A stretch of 64,000 nucleotides of DNA from Bacteroidia bacterium (GCA_046330055.1 JAXLTM010000002.1:56144-120143), one strand, 5' to 3'; positions 26,803-37,510 are shown, numbered from the stretch's first letter. A program made the numbers and translations. Notes: generated by a model from the letters alone, not told the origin.

Positions 26803-28254
26803 TTGATTATCTTTGCGACGCGAAAAACTAGTAAAAAGAAACCCACATTGGCACTAATTAAATCAATTTCAGGAATCAGAGGAACTATTGGCGGAAAACC
26901 GGGCGACGGACTGACACCTGTTGACATTGTAAAATACGCAGCAGCATATGGAACATGGCTGATGCGAAGAAAAGATAAATCCAAAAAGCCGGTGGTAGCC
27001 ATCGGCCGTGATGCACGCATCTCAGGTGAGATGGTTCAGAATCTGGTAGCCGGAACCTTAAAAGGTCTGGGTATCGATGTAATTTATCTCGGACTTTCCA
27101 CTACACCAACTGTTGAAGTTGCTGTTACCGATATGAAAGCGGATGGCGGTATCATCCTTACGGCCAGTCACAATCCAAAGCAATGGAATGCATTGAAGCT
27201 GCTGAATGAAAAAGGTGAATTTCTATCGGCTGCCGACGGAGCTGAAGTGCTCCAGATCGCTGAAAAAGATGATTACTCTTTTGCCGAAGTGAATAAGCTC
27301 GGTAAGTATGTGAGTGAACCTAATTACCACCTTAAGCACATTGAGAAAATACTTGCTCTGCCGTTGGTAGATGTCAAAGCGATCAAAGCAAAGAAATTCA
27401 AAGTAGTAATCGACTGCGTTAATTCTACCGGTGGTTTTGTAATCCCTGCTTTGCTCAAAGCGCTGGGTGTAGAAGAAATAATTGAGCTGTATTGTGAACC
27501 CAACGGACAATTCCCTCATAACCCTGAACCTCTGCCGGAACACCTTGGTGATATCAGCAAGGAAGTGAAAAAGAGAAACGCTCACCTGGGGATCGTTGTA
27601 GATCCTGATGTGGATCGACTTGCATTGGTTTGTGAAGATGGCGAAATGTTTGGTGAAGAATACACGTTAGTGGCAGTTGCTGACTATATTCTGAAGCATA
27701 AAAAAGGCAATACCGTTTCCAACCTTTCGTCGACGCGTGCTCTACGTGATGTAACTGAAAAAGCGGGCGGAAAATATTTTGCATCAGCTGTTGGTGAAGT
27801 GAATGTAGTGGAAGCCATGAAAGCGAATAACGCTGTTATCGGCGGCGAAGGCAACGGCGGAATTATATACCCGGAATTGCACTACGGACGTGATGCACTC
27901 GTGGGAATTGCATTATTCCTCACGCACCTGGCTCACTTCGGAAAGAATATTTCAATTCTCCGTGCAACGTATCCGAATTACCACATTTCAAAAAATAAAA
28001 TTGAGCTGACTCCTGAAATTGATGTCGATAAAGTATTGGAAGGGATTCAGTCTAAGTACCAACGTCAGCCGGTAAATACCATTGATGGTGTAAAGATTGA
28101 ATTCGACCGCGAATGGGTTCACCTGAGAAAATCCAATACCGAACCGATTATCCGTATTTACGCAGAAAGTCAGTCGCAAACTACGGCAGATAATCTGGCA
28201 GAAAAGATTATATTTGATATTAAAGACATGATCAGCCAAAAGCTGGTAAAATAA
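26803..28254 (+). CDS. glmM: phosphoglucosamine mutase / phosphohexomutase family protein
   Basis: GIRGTIGG, the active-site TASHNP, and domain order consistent with GlmM-like enzymes. The ORF-track start is a TTG and the true start is uncertain. Confidence 0.7.
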   Translation: MIIFATRKTSKKKPTLALIKSISGIRGTIGGKPGDGLTPVDIVKYAAAYGTWLMRRKDKSKKPVVAIGRDARISGEMVQNLVAGTLKGLGIDVIYLGLSTTPTVEVAVTDMKADGGIILTASHNPKQWNALKLLNEKGEFLSAADGAEVLQIAEKDDYSFAEVNKLGKYVSEPNYHLKHIEKILALPLVDVKAIKAKKFKVVIDCVNSTGGFVIPALLKALGVEEIIELYCEPNGQFPHNPEPLPEHLGDISKEVKKRNAHLGIVVDPDVDRLALVCEDGEMFGEEYTLVAVADYILKHKKGNTVSNLSSTRALRDVTEKAGGKYFASAVGEVNVVEAMKANNAVIGGEGNGGIIYPELHYGRDALVGIALFLTHLAHFGKNISILRATYPNYHISKNKIELTPEIDVDKVLEGIQSKYQRQPVNTIDGVKIEFDREWVHLRKSNTEPIIRIYAESQSQTTADNLAEKIIFDIKDMISQKLVK

Positions 28255-28263
28255 TTCCCCGGC

Positions 28264-29403
28264 ATGAAAATTTACATGGACAACGCAGCCACTACGCCGA
28301 TAGATCCGGAAGTGATCAACGCAATGCTGCCTGTAATGCAAAATGGTTTCGGAAATCCTTCTTCCATACATTCCTGGGGAAGAGAAGTGAAGACACTGAT
28401 TGAAAATGCAAGAAAGACAGTGGCTAAGCACCTCAATGCTGCTCCTGCGGAAATTTTCTTCACCAGCGGTGGTACTGAAGCCAACAATACTGCACTTTTT
28501 TGTTCCGTGCGTGACCTCGGAGTAAAACATGTAATTTCTTCACCTATCGAACATCACGCAGTGCTTCATACTCTGGAAGAATTGCAGAAAGAAGGGAAAA
28601 TTCGTTTCAGTCTGGTGCAACTTGATGAAAGAGGACATGTAAATCTTGAACACCTTGAACAATTGTTGTCTACTTCAAACGAGAAGACTCTCGTAAGCCT
28701 GATGCATGCCAACAATGAACTTGGGAATTTACTGCCGATTAAAAAAGTAGGGGAGCTTTGCCAAAGATACAATGCCTTGTTTCACTGCGATACGGTGCAG
28801 ACTATGGCTCATTATCGTTTCGACCTGAAGGATCTTCACGTACACTTTCTCACCTGTGCCGCTCATAAATTTCATGGCCCGAAAGGCGTCGGATTTTTAT
28901 ACATTAACAATCAGGTGAAAATTCATCCATTCATTTTTGGTGGTGCACAGGAACGTAATATGCGTGGTGGTACTGAAAATGTTTATGGCATTGTTGGTCT
29001 GGCTAAAGCGATGGATATTGCCTACGAACACATCGATGAACATCAGGCTTATGTTTCGGGATTGAAAGCTTATATGATCGAAAAACTGAAAGCAGATGTT
29101 CCCGGAATTAAATTCAATGGAGATTGCACAGTCAATGCTTTATATACAGTTCTGAATGTTGCATTCCCGCAAACTGATTTCTCCGAGATGCTGCTCTTTT
29201 CGATGGACATTGCCGGTATTGCCTGTTCGGGCGGTTCTGCTTGTTCAAGCGGAAGTAATGCGGGGTCGCATGTGTTAAGAGCACTCTATGGAAACGCAGA
29301 TCGCCCTTCAGTCAGATTTTCTTTCAGTAAATACAATACAAAGGAAGAAATCGATCAGGTCGTTGCCAAGTTAAAGGAGATGTACGCTGAAAAGGTGAGC
29401 TGA
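28264..29403 (+). CDS. cysteine desulfurase (class V aminotransferase, IscS/NifS-like)
   Basis: MKIYMDNAATTPIDPEV...SGGTEANN...HKFHGPKGVGFLY (PLP lysine region)...ACSSGS. Confidence 0.8.
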   Translation: MKIYMDNAATTPIDPEVINAMLPVMQNGFGNPSSIHSWGREVKTLIENARKTVAKHLNAAPAEIFFTSGGTEANNTALFCSVRDLGVKHVISSPIEHHAVLHTLEELQKEGKIRFSLVQLDERGHVNLEHLEQLLSTSNEKTLVSLMHANNELGNLLPIKKVGELCQRYNALFHCDTVQTMAHYRFDLKDLHVHFLTCAAHKFHGPKGVGFLYINNQVKIHPFIFGGAQERNMRGGTENVYGIVGLAKAMDIAYEHIDEHQAYVSGLKAYMIEKLKADVPGIKFNGDCTVNALYTVLNVAFPQTDFSEMLLFSMDIAGIACSGGSACSSGSNAGSHVLRALYGNADRPSVRFSFSKYNTKEEIDQVVAKLKEMYAEKVS

Positions 29404-29892
29404 TCAGCCGGGGCGTTTTGCTTCACGGCGTTTTTCGCGAATGAGTTCCAGCAAGTGGCGTTTGAAATCTTCTTCAGCGCGATAAAGCATAGCTACTTTA
29501 CGGATCGGAAGAATTTTCTTGAATTGCGGATGATACTTTTTCAGAATATCTAATTCGCTTTGATGAAAAGCAAGTTCATTGTCGACCATTTTTTCCAGAT
29601 CGGCATCACTCATGGTTTCAAGACTGGTGTTGTCGTTCAGAATATTATCACGGCGCGATTTGCGTAAAGCTTCCAGTTCATCCTGATACTTATTATAAAC
29701 CGGCCAGAATTGACGGGCTTCTTCAGGTGTGAGACTCAGACGATCAGTTAAGAATCCAATCTTCAAAGCTTCAATTTTGTCTTTATCAGGACGCATTTTT
29801 CCTCTTCCCTGACCACCGCCGCCGCCCTGGGCCTTAACTCCTGAGATTGTCAGGAGCAGAATTATCAATGAAGATGTAAGGATCTTTTTCAT
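29404..29892 (-). CDS. periplasmic helical protein, Spy/CpxP-like (uncertain), last gene of the ECF sigma module
   Basis: Signal peptide MKKILTSSLIILLLTISGVKAQ, a Gly-rich linker, then charged helical repeats. Start placed at the Met preceding the signal peptide rather than the ORF-track start at 29937. Confidence 0.45.
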   Translation of the reverse strand: MKKILTSSLIILLLTISGVKAQGGGGGQGRGKMRPDKDKIEALKIGFLTDRLSLTPEEARQFWPVYNKYQDELEALRKSRRDNILNDNTSLETMSDADLEKMVDNELAFHQSELDILKKYHPQFKKILPIRKVAMLYRAEEDFKRHLLELIREKRREAKRPG

Positions 29893-29893
29893 G

Positions 29894-30451
29894 TCACAAT
29901 TTTTTTTCAATCTGAGAAATGTCAATGTCATTATCAATCAGGTAATCTTCGTACGATTGTTCGGTCGCAGAAGATTCATTATCATTTTCTTCAGCTAATA
30001 CCTGAATCAATGTGCTTTCGTCGAGTTGCTGAATTACCATCGCCGGGTTGAGTTCATCACTTTCATTTTGTGCATGAGCAGTGAGATCAATAACTGTAGT
30101 TCTGGTAAAGAACAGATACGAAGATAACACCACTAAGACCAGTAAAAAGGCGGGAACCAATGTAACCGGACGAAGAAAGCTTTGGAGTAATGATTTCCAG
30201 CTGAACTTTCTTTTTTCTTCTGAAAGAATGATGTTGTTAATTTCCTGAGGCAATTTTTCAAAGTAGCCATCAGGAACGGAAAACGGCTGAACCGGAGATA
30301 CTGTTTCAAAATCCGGCAGGTTCTGAACCATCGATTGTATTTGATCAGGAAAACGTTCGAAATACCCATCCGGTACCCGGAAAGGCTCTGAGCCACTGCT
30401 GTTTTCAAGCAGTTTTCTCAGTTTTTCGTCGATTTTATCGTTTTCCATCAT
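29894..30451 (-). CDS. putative anti-sigma factor (single-pass membrane protein)
   Basis: Lies immediately downstream of the ECF sigma gene and has a central hydrophobic helix (LVPAFLLVLVVLSSYLFF). The call rests on position and architecture only. Confidence 0.5.
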   Translation of the reverse strand: MMENDKIDEKLRKLLENSSGSEPFRVPDGYFERFPDQIQSMVQNLPDFETVSPVQPFSVPDGYFEKLPQEINNIILSEEKRKFSWKSLLQSFLRPVTLVPAFLLVLVVLSSYLFFTRTTVIDLTAHAQNESDELNPAMVIQQLDESTLIQVLAEENDNESSATEQSYEDYLIDNDIDISQIEKKL

Positions 30452-30483
30452 TTGGGTTTTAGATGAGAAGTTGGGTTCAGGGT

Positions 30484-31035
30484 TTAATTTCCGGTCAGGA
30501 ATTTCTCGATTTTCTTCACTGCATGATGGTAGGAAGCTTTCAGTCCGCCAACAGAAACATTCAGTATTTCTGATATCTCTTCGTACTTAAGTCCGTCGAA
30601 ATACTTCATGTTAAAAACCAGTCGTTGCTGCGGTGGTAATTTCAAAACTGCTTGCTGGAGTTTCATTTGAATTTTATCACCGGTGAAAAGGGGATCGGTG
30701 ATAAGTTTGTCGCCCAATTCATTTTCTACCTGATCAAACGAAAGGGAGAATCTTTTCTTTTTTGAATTCAGAAAAGTAATCGACTCATTGGTAGCGATTC
30801 GATAAAGCCAGGTGTACAGTTGTGAATCACTTCTGAAATTGTCGAGGGCTTTCCAGACTTTGATAAAAACATTCTGCATGATGTCATTTGAATCGTCGTG
30901 ATCAATCACCATTCGTCTGACATGCCAGTACAATCGCTGCTGATATTTTTTTACCAGCAAATTGAATGCATAATGCCGCGTATCGGAGTTCCGGAATTTT
31001 TCAAGCAGTTCTGCGTCGCTGAATTCTTCAGTCAT
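30484..31035 (-). CDS. RNA polymerase sigma-70 factor, ECF subfamily
   Basis: Region 2 (YQQRLYWHVRRMV...DIMQNVFIKVW) and region 4 (YFDGLKYEEISEILNVSVGGLKASYHHAVKKI). Confidence 0.85.
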   Translation of the reverse strand: MTEEFSDAELLEKFRNSDTRHYAFNLLVKKYQQRLYWHVRRMVIDHDDSNDIMQNVFIKVWKALDNFRSDSQLYTWLYRIATNESITFLNSKKKRFSLSFDQVENELGDKLITDPLFTGDKIQMKLQQAVLKLPPQQRLVFNMKYFDGLKYEEISEILNVSVGGLKASYHHAVKKIEKFLTGN

Positions 31036-31063
31036 AGTGTGGCTCTTTTCCGGAAAACCACAT

Positions 31064-32038
31064 TTAAGAATGTGAAAGCTCGTGTTTCTTTCTGCTGATT
31101 GCCTTCAACGCTGCGGCAACAATGTTGTCGGCTTCCAGACCATACTTTTTCATCAGCTGATCCGGTGTTCCGCTTTCACCGAAGACGTCGTTGACAGCAA
31201 CGAATTCCTGTGGTGCAGGGAAATTGGCAGTAAGTACATGAGCAATTGCGTCTCCTAATCCGCCGTGGATCTGATGTTCTTCGGCAGTGACAACGCATTG
31301 AGTTTTCCGAACGCTCTTTAAGACGGCATCGGTATCCAAAGGTTTAATAGTATGTATGTTGATGATATCTGCTTCAATTCCCTGAGCAGCGAGCTTTTCG
31401 CCGGCCTCGATGGCCTTCCAGACCAGATGGCCGGTAGCGAAGATACTTACATCAGGACCTTCGTTAAGCGTCAGAGCTTTTCCGATGATGAATTCCTGAT
31501 CGGCAGGAGTGAAGACAGGAACCGTTGGTCGGCCGAAACGCAGGTAAACCGGTCCGTCATATTTTGCAATGGCAAGTGTTGCTGCCTTTGTCTGATTGTA
31601 ATCGCAAGGATTAATTACGACCATTCCGGGAAGCATGCGCATCATTCCGATGTCTTCAAGAATCTGATGTGTTGCACCATCTTCTCCAAGAGTAATTCCG
31701 GCATGCGAAGCACAGATTTTTACATTCTTACCTGAATAGGCAATGCTCTGACGGATCTGGTCATACACACGTCCTGTGCTGAAGTTAGCAAATGTTCCGG
31801 TGAATGGAATCTTTCCGCCAATTGTCATTCCGGCTGCAATGCCCATCATGTTGGCTTCTGCAATTCCTACCTGAAAAAAACGGTTCGGAAATTCTTTTTC
31901 GAAAGCATCCATCTTGAGTGAACCGGTAAGGTCAGCACAGAGTGCTACCACATTTGGATTTAATTTTCCGGCTTCCAGTAATCCTGCTCCAAATCCTGAG
32001 CGGGTGTCTTTCTTTTCAGTGAACGTATATTTTTTCAT
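31064..32038 (-). CDS. transketolase, C-terminal (pyrimidine-binding plus C-terminal domain) subunit
   Basis: ...FQVGIAEANMMGIAAGM...HAGITLGEDGATHQ... is a typical split-transketolase second half. Confidence 0.85.
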   Translation of the reverse strand: MKKYTFTEKKDTRSGFGAGLLEAGKLNPNVVALCADLTGSLKMDAFEKEFPNRFFQVGIAEANMMGIAAGMTIGGKIPFTGTFANFSTGRVYDQIRQSIAYSGKNVKICASHAGITLGEDGATHQILEDIGMMRMLPGMVVINPCDYNQTKAATLAIAKYDGPVYLRFGRPTVPVFTPADQEFIIGKALTLNEGPDVSIFATGHLVWKAIEAGEKLAAQGIEADIINIHTIKPLDTDAVLKSVRKTQCVVTAEEHQIHGGLGDAIAHVLTANFPAPQEFVAVNDVFGESGTPDQLMKKYGLEADNIVAAALKAISRKKHELSHS

Positions 32039-32056
32039 GGGATGGTTTTTCAGAGG

Positions 32057-33307
32057 TTATGGATTCAATAGTACTATACTTGACTCTCCTGAAACAACGG
32101 AGAACTCTCTTTCAATTGTATAAATGCTCTCGCGCGAATTTTTCGGACGAAAGACAGCTTTGTATTTTCCGGGCTGGAGAATGAAGGTTTGCTTCGGCTG
32201 ATCATCATTCAGATTCAAAATCCACTTCATGTTTTTTCCGTCATACACGTAAATACTACCGTAACCACCGTTGTTGGCGATGAGGGTAACGATTCCCGGA
32301 CGCGGAATACTTACTGTTGTTGTTTTACTCTGGGAGACATCAACATTTTCCAGAAGTATTCTCGGAACTGTAAGAATTTCCAGATCATAGGTGCCCACTA
32401 AATAGCGTTCTGTATTTCCGATATCCTGAACGTTGAGTGTATTCATCTGCTTTCTTTGTCTGATGATGGCACTCACTTTTTTGTACTCAGCCGGACCGTC
32501 GAACTTCAGCATTAAATCACCCTGTGGTGCGTCGATGCCGATCGTTGTGTGTTTTCCCGGAACAAGTATGATGGAATCTTTTGAAACTTCAGGGATCGTG
32601 TGTACTACAATTTTGTACACCGGCAAAGGATCAATCACCAGCGTGTCGGGATTTCCTTTTGAATTCAGAGTATGAATGAAATTATACTTGTCTTCTCCGG
32701 AGAAACGATCGTAGAATGTCATTGCAACATTCGTCTCCGTCGGATTATGATCTACATCGAGTAAATTCACTTGCAGTGTTGTGTTGTTAAGCGCCTGGGA
32801 AATGACGATGTTTAATGCATCTTTGAACATGGTTTCATTCGCTGCATCGAAATAGCGTCCTACACATTCAAAAGTTTTCTTCAGTGATTCATCAAGGCCA
32901 AGTCCAATAACGAACGGTTTGAGGAATATTCCTTTGCGTTGTAACGCCTGACTGATTGCACATGGATCTCCGCCGCATTCTTCAATTCCGTCGGTAATCA
33001 GGATGATGATATTTCTGGATTTTGATGCCGGAAAATCATTCGCACATGCTTCAAGTGAACGGGCGATTGGAGTTGTTCCCCGTGGAACAATGTTTTTAAG
33101 GACGTCCATGATCACCGGAATATTTCCTTTGGAGAATGGAACTTCCAGTTTGCTGTCGTCGCAGTCCTGCGGCGGAAATGGTTTCTGATGTCCGTACACA
33201 CGTAATGCCAATTCAATGTTTCGGACATATCGCAAACTGTCCATTAGTTGCGACATCAGTTTTTTTGCAACATCGATCTTTGCACCGGTCTGCCATTTGC
33301 CATACAT
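32057..33307 (-). CDS. von Willebrand factor A (vWA) domain protein; may extend 5' to about 33432 using a non-ATG start
   Basis: ILITDGIEECGGDPCAISQ and the first-half MIDAS-like region. Upstream of the first ATG the same frame encodes an apparent signal peptide (IKAIHKYLLIVLLLFCTEQLAHA/QK) with no in-frame ATG, GTG or TTG. Confidence 0.7.
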   Translation of the reverse strand: MYGKWQTGAKIDVAKKLMSQLMDSLRYVRNIELALRVYGHQKPFPPQDCDDSKLEVPFSKGNIPVIMDVLKNIVPRGTTPIARSLEACANDFPASKSRNIIILITDGIEECGGDPCAISQALQRKGIFLKPFVIGLGLDESLKKTFECVGRYFDAANETMFKDALNIVISQALNNTTLQVNLLDVDHNPTETNVAMTFYDRFSGEDKYNFIHTLNSKGNPDTLVIDPLPVYKIVVHTIPEVSKDSIILVPGKHTTIGIDAPQGDLMLKFDGPAEYKKVSAIIRQRKQMNTLNVQDIGNTERYLVGTYDLEILTVPRILLENVDVSQSKTTTVSIPRPGIVTLIANNGGYGSIYVYDGKNMKWILNLNDDQPKQTFILQPGKYKAVFRPKNSRESIYTIEREFSVVSGESSIVLLNP

Positions 33308-33453
33308 GCTTTGCGAAGCATCAAATAAAAATTCAATGCGCGTTAATTCCGGCGCTTCGTTTTTTGTTTTCTGAGCGTGTGCAAGTTGTTCAGTGCAAAA
33401 GAGCAGCAGAACAATGAGAAGATATTTGTGAATTGCTTTGATAAAGGTTTGTA

Positions 33454-34299
33454 TTAAAAATCGCCAAGTGTTTCTTCCAGCTGCGCCAGTGCCTTTTCAG
33501 TTTGCTCGGCGTTTGGGGCAACACCATGCCACTTGTGAGAGTGCATCATGAAGTCGACACCCATGCCCATTTCGGTTTTGAGTAATAGGACGACAGGTTG
33601 GCCTTTTCCGGAAGCTGATTTTCCGGCATCAATCACTTTTACCAGTTCATCCATATTATTTCCGTCTGCTTCGAGCACTTTCCATCCGAAGGCTTCAAAC
33701 TTCGGACGAAGATTTCCATATGGAAGTACGTGATCAACTGATCCGTCGATTTGCTGGTTGTTTACATCGACTGCTGCAATGAGATTGTCAACTTTCTTTG
33801 CTCCTGCATACATTACCGCTTCCCAGATTTGTCCTTCTTCAACTTCACCGTCGCCGCATAAACAATAAACAGTTGAATTATCGCTATTGAGTTTTTTAGT
33901 CTGTGCAGCACCTATTGCAACACTAAGTCCCTGGCCGAGTGAGCCGCTGGCCACGCGCACTCCGGGTAAACCTTCGTGGGTAGTAGGGTGGCCTTGCAAA
34001 CGTGTATCTATCCGGCGAAAAGTGTTTAGTTCTTTTACATCGAAATAACCTGCACGTGCAAGAACACTGTAGAAGAGTGGAGAAACGTGACCGTTGCTCA
34101 GGAAAAATAGATCTTCGTTTTTACCATCCATTGAAAAAGGTGTTGGCCGGTGTTTCATTGCATAAAAGTAAAGAGCAACCAGATAGTCAGTGCAACCCAG
34201 CGAGCCGCCCGGATGTCCTGAATTGGCCAAATGAACCTGACGGATAATATCTCTGCGCACCTGCGACGCTATTTTCTTTAATTCTGCAACGGATTTCAT
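33454..34299 (-). CDS. transketolase, N-terminal (TPP-binding) subunit
   Basis: HLANSGHPGGSLGCTDYL...GDGEVEEGQIWEA... are TPP-binding motifs. Confidence 0.85.
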   Translation of the reverse strand: MKSVAELKKIASQVRRDIIRQVHLANSGHPGGSLGCTDYLVALYFYAMKHRPTPFSMDGKNEDLFFLSNGHVSPLFYSVLARAGYFDVKELNTFRRIDTRLQGHPTTHEGLPGVRVASGSLGQGLSVAIGAAQTKKLNSDNSTVYCLCGDGEVEEGQIWEAVMYAGAKKVDNLIAAVDVNNQQIDGSVDHVLPYGNLRPKFEAFGWKVLEADGNNMDELVKVIDAGKSASGKGQPVVLLLKTEMGMGVDFMMHSHKWHGVAPNAEQTEKALAQLEETLGDF

Positions 34300-34532
34300 G
34301 ATTTAATCTGTTTTGTTGATGGCCTAAATGTACTGTTATCACTAAAAAGTGATCCTTATGAAGGCACCGATTTTTTCATTAAATATCAACAAATGACTCT
34401 CACAAAACGTCGATTTCAGGCCTTAATTGTACGAATATCGGAATTCAGAAAAGGGCCGGAGATAAAGGGATGCCGGTTCAGGAAATAATATCAAAAATGG
34501 TTCGGATTTGATATCTTCAATCAATCAGTAAC

Positions 34533-34934
34533 TTAAAAGTCATCGTCCGGATGGTTTTCCAGAAACTCATCAAGTGCTCTTCGTTCAAGCTTTGTTGGGC
34601 GACCGCTTCCGGGGGCACGATAAATTGCTGCTTTTGCGATTCGCGCTTTATAGGCTTCAATCTCTGCTGCAGGTGTGAGATCTTCACAATAGTCAGGAAC
34701 CAATTTGGCACTAAGGCGATTCATCGTTAATTGAAGAACGCGGATTTGCCTGGTTAGTCCGGTACGACGAACCCAAACCAAATCACCGATTCTCACTACT
34801 CGGGAGGCTTTAGCAGGTTGTTCGTTGATGAAAACTTTTCCCTGTTCACAAGCTGTCGCTGCCTGAGTGCGAGTCTTGAACTGACGCACCGCCCATAACC
34901 ACTTATCAATTCTTTCCTCTGAAACTTCTTTCAT
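34533..34934 (-). CDS. RNA-binding S4-domain protein (Hsp15/HslR-like)
   Basis: ERIDKWLWAVRQFKTRTQAATACEQGKVFINEQPAKASRVVRIGDLVWV is an S4 fold signature. Confidence 0.7.
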   Translation of the reverse strand: MKEVSEERIDKWLWAVRQFKTRTQAATACEQGKVFINEQPAKASRVVRIGDLVWVRRTGLTRQIRVLQLTMNRLSAKLVPDYCEDLTPAAEIEAYKARIAKAAIYRAPGSGRPTKLERRALDEFLENHPDDDF

Positions 34935-34935
34935 A

Positions 34936-35943
34936 TTATAAAAACTCTTCTTTTAAAATTCGAATGAGGAGAAGGAAGTAACTGATCAGCAGCGGACCGA
35001 AAATCAATCCGGGAAGTCCGAAGAGCTGTAAGCCGACAATGACACCAATAACCGTTATCAATGGATGAACGTCTGCGAATTTTTTCTGGAACATTAAACG
35101 GAAAACATTATCGACTAAGCCGATGATTAGAATCCCATATATGATAATGGCAATTCCCTGCCAGGTGGCACCTTCTGAGAGTTGGTAAATTCCGGCAGGT
35201 ACCCAAATGAATGCAGTGCCGATAGCAGGAAGCAATGAAAATATTCCGGTGATTACTCCCCAGAAAAGTGGTTCTGGTACTCCGAATATCCAATATCCTA
35301 ATGCTGCAAACAATCCCTGACAAATGGCAAGCAAAGGCATTGCAATCGCATTACTCTTTGTCTGATCTTCGAGCTCTTTAGCAAATTCATCAACCTTTTC
35401 GTCGCTGAACGGAATTATTTTTGTCACATATTTCTCAAGCTTGCCGGTGTTGATGAGCAGGTAGTATAGAAAGATATACAATAGTGCAATGTCGGTAAGA
35501 ATAATGAGCGACTGACTTACAAAACCGGTGATATAATCAGTGATGGATGCTTGAATTTTTGTAAGATTTTCATTTGTCAGAACATGCGTATGAAATACAG
35601 CATAAAATTTCTGATCAGCATTTTCAAGTGTCGACATGAGCATTGAACCATTTTCCAGCAAAGCTTGCACGCGTGGAATAATCATGAGAGCGATCAGATA
35701 AATCGGAATCAATACGACAAAAAAGGTGAGTAGCATCAATAGAACAGCGGATAGTGATGCATTCATTTTCTTTTCGAACATCATCTTACGCATCAACGGA
35801 CGCAGGAGGATATACAGAATTACAGCACCAAGAAAACCGTCCAAAAAAATCTGCAGAGTAAAAAATAGCAGGATAATACAAATCAATACGCTGATAAGGA
35901 CAAATCGTCGGGCAAATTTCTTGTTGTATTCGGCTGAGTCCAT
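34936..35943 (-). CDS. AI-2E family transporter (PerM/UPF0118)
   Basis: Polytopic membrane protein with the conserved C-terminal ...LPGLIFGPLL region. Confidence 0.7.
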   Translation of the reverse strand: MDSAEYNKKFARRFVLISVLICIILLFFTLQIFLDGFLGAVILYILLRPLMRKMMFEKKMNASLSAVLLMLLTFFVVLIPIYLIALMIIPRVQALLENGSMLMSTLENADQKFYAVFHTHVLTNENLTKIQASITDYITGFVSQSLIILTDIALLYIFLYYLLINTGKLEKYVTKIIPFSDEKVDEFAKELEDQTKSNAIAMPLLAICQGLFAALGYWIFGVPEPLFWGVITGIFSLLPAIGTAFIWVPAGIYQLSEGATWQGIAIIIYGILIIGLVDNVFRLMFQKKFADVHPLITVIGVIVGLQLFGLPGLIFGPLLISYFLLLIRILKEEFL

Positions 35944-35970
35944 AATTGAAAAATTAGAGTATGCAATTTC

Positions 35971-37510
35971 TTATTTCAGGATGTCATCCTTGCTTACCGG
36001 TCGTAGTAAATTCATCCATTTGAATCCTTTCAGACGTAATTCTTTGGCCGACATTTCACGGATCGGATAGAGTGTTCCGTCGGGATCATTCAGGAGTGAA
36101 ATACTTTCTACTTTATTCTCATTGACGTAAATGACAAGATCGCTGCAATCGGCGCGGTTAACTGCGAAGTTTTTGTCTTTTTTATTTTTAGCGTAGTAGA
36201 TGGTCTGACCATTGCCATTCACATTAATTCGGTAAAGCTTATTGTCATTCAGAAAACCGGTCATGTCTTTTCCTTTAACCTGATTGAAGCGTAGAGAATC
36301 TTCAATAGAATGCCCGGCTACACTGTCGGCCAACGATGTTATGAAGGAGTTGGTATGAAGATAAATTCTGCTGATGCCGCCGTTTTCTGTTTGCATGTAG
36401 ATACTGTCAGCAGTTAATTGATTAAGGCCGGACCAGAGAATCGGATTTCTGAATAATGTAATGGTGGAATCAGATGCCCGATAGACGAGCGAGTCACAGC
36501 TTCCCTGCAAATCATGTTTGTAAATTTTGACGTGATGAAATGCGAACAGATCTTTCTTTGAACTTGAGTCAGCAGGGGTTTTTCCGACGGCAAGCAAAGT
36601 GTCGCCATGTAAAAACATTGAATCACCATCCATCTCCTGCACCATGATAGCATTACCGGTTACCCAGGCAGAGTCAGTAATTTCATGACGCTCTCCGTAT
36701 TCGCCCATGATGGAAATTTTATTCGTTGTATCAGTTATGGATACATTGCCAAACACCTTTCCGATACCTTTGATTCTGTCATAATATACAGAGTCACCTT
36801 TCAATCGCTGATCTTTTGTTTGCAGATATGAATTCTGTTTGAAATTGGATTTCTGACTTTGTGTATTGTACCAGCCGGATTCGCAGTAGATGAGATTTTC
36901 CTTCGAGCGAATGTAAGTAGGCCCAAGGAAGTATGCTGTCTGGTTGGTCGTATTATAACGTAAAGTATCACCAGTCATTACATACTTCGGATTTGTGAGT
37001 ACTACATTTTTCCGGAAGAAAAGATCATGACTGTTGCTGTAGAAATATCCATTTTTGCTGGTAAGAACATTTTCTCCGTCGACAATGTGTGCGCTGTCTG
37101 TATAAAAAGCGATATCATTTTTCATGTCGTAATCCAGCCGGGAGGTATTGAGACGCATCTTCCGGTCTGTCATGACTACATTTTCAAAGACCTGAGCAAA
37201 ACTTGTATTGCCGTCGTAATGTAGCAGATTACCGGTTAGGGTCAGCGTATCTCCTTGTGTGATCCGAATGTTATTGAATGCTTCCAGCCTGTTATCGTCA
37301 CGAAACAAATAGGCACTGTCGCAGTACATAAAGGGCATTTTCATGTTTAAAAACTACGTGACCGATAAGACGAGTGGCTTTGGCATTAATGGATTGATCA
37401 AAATCGCTCACATCTGCATTGACCAACTCAATGCGCTGTGCAGCCTGCCCAAAGGCTAAGGAGATTTGGAAAAAGGCAATCAATAAAAAGGAAATTAGCC
37501 GGCAGTTCAC
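35971..37510 (-). CDS. OstA-like (LptD N-terminal domain family) periplasmic protein, interrupted by a frameshift at about 37300-37345
   Basis: The N-terminal piece (37298..37510: signal peptide ...RLIGHVVFKHENALY) and the main piece (35971..37344: ...MYCDSAYLFRDDNRLEAF...) are adjacent frames of one OstA-like protein. Removing the single g in ctttatGtactgc restores HENALYYCDSAYLF. Confidence 0.65.

Noticed and set aside
37298-37510. Stand-alone 70-aa ORF
   Set aside because: It is the signal-peptide-bearing N-terminus of the OstA-like protein, separated by a frameshift.
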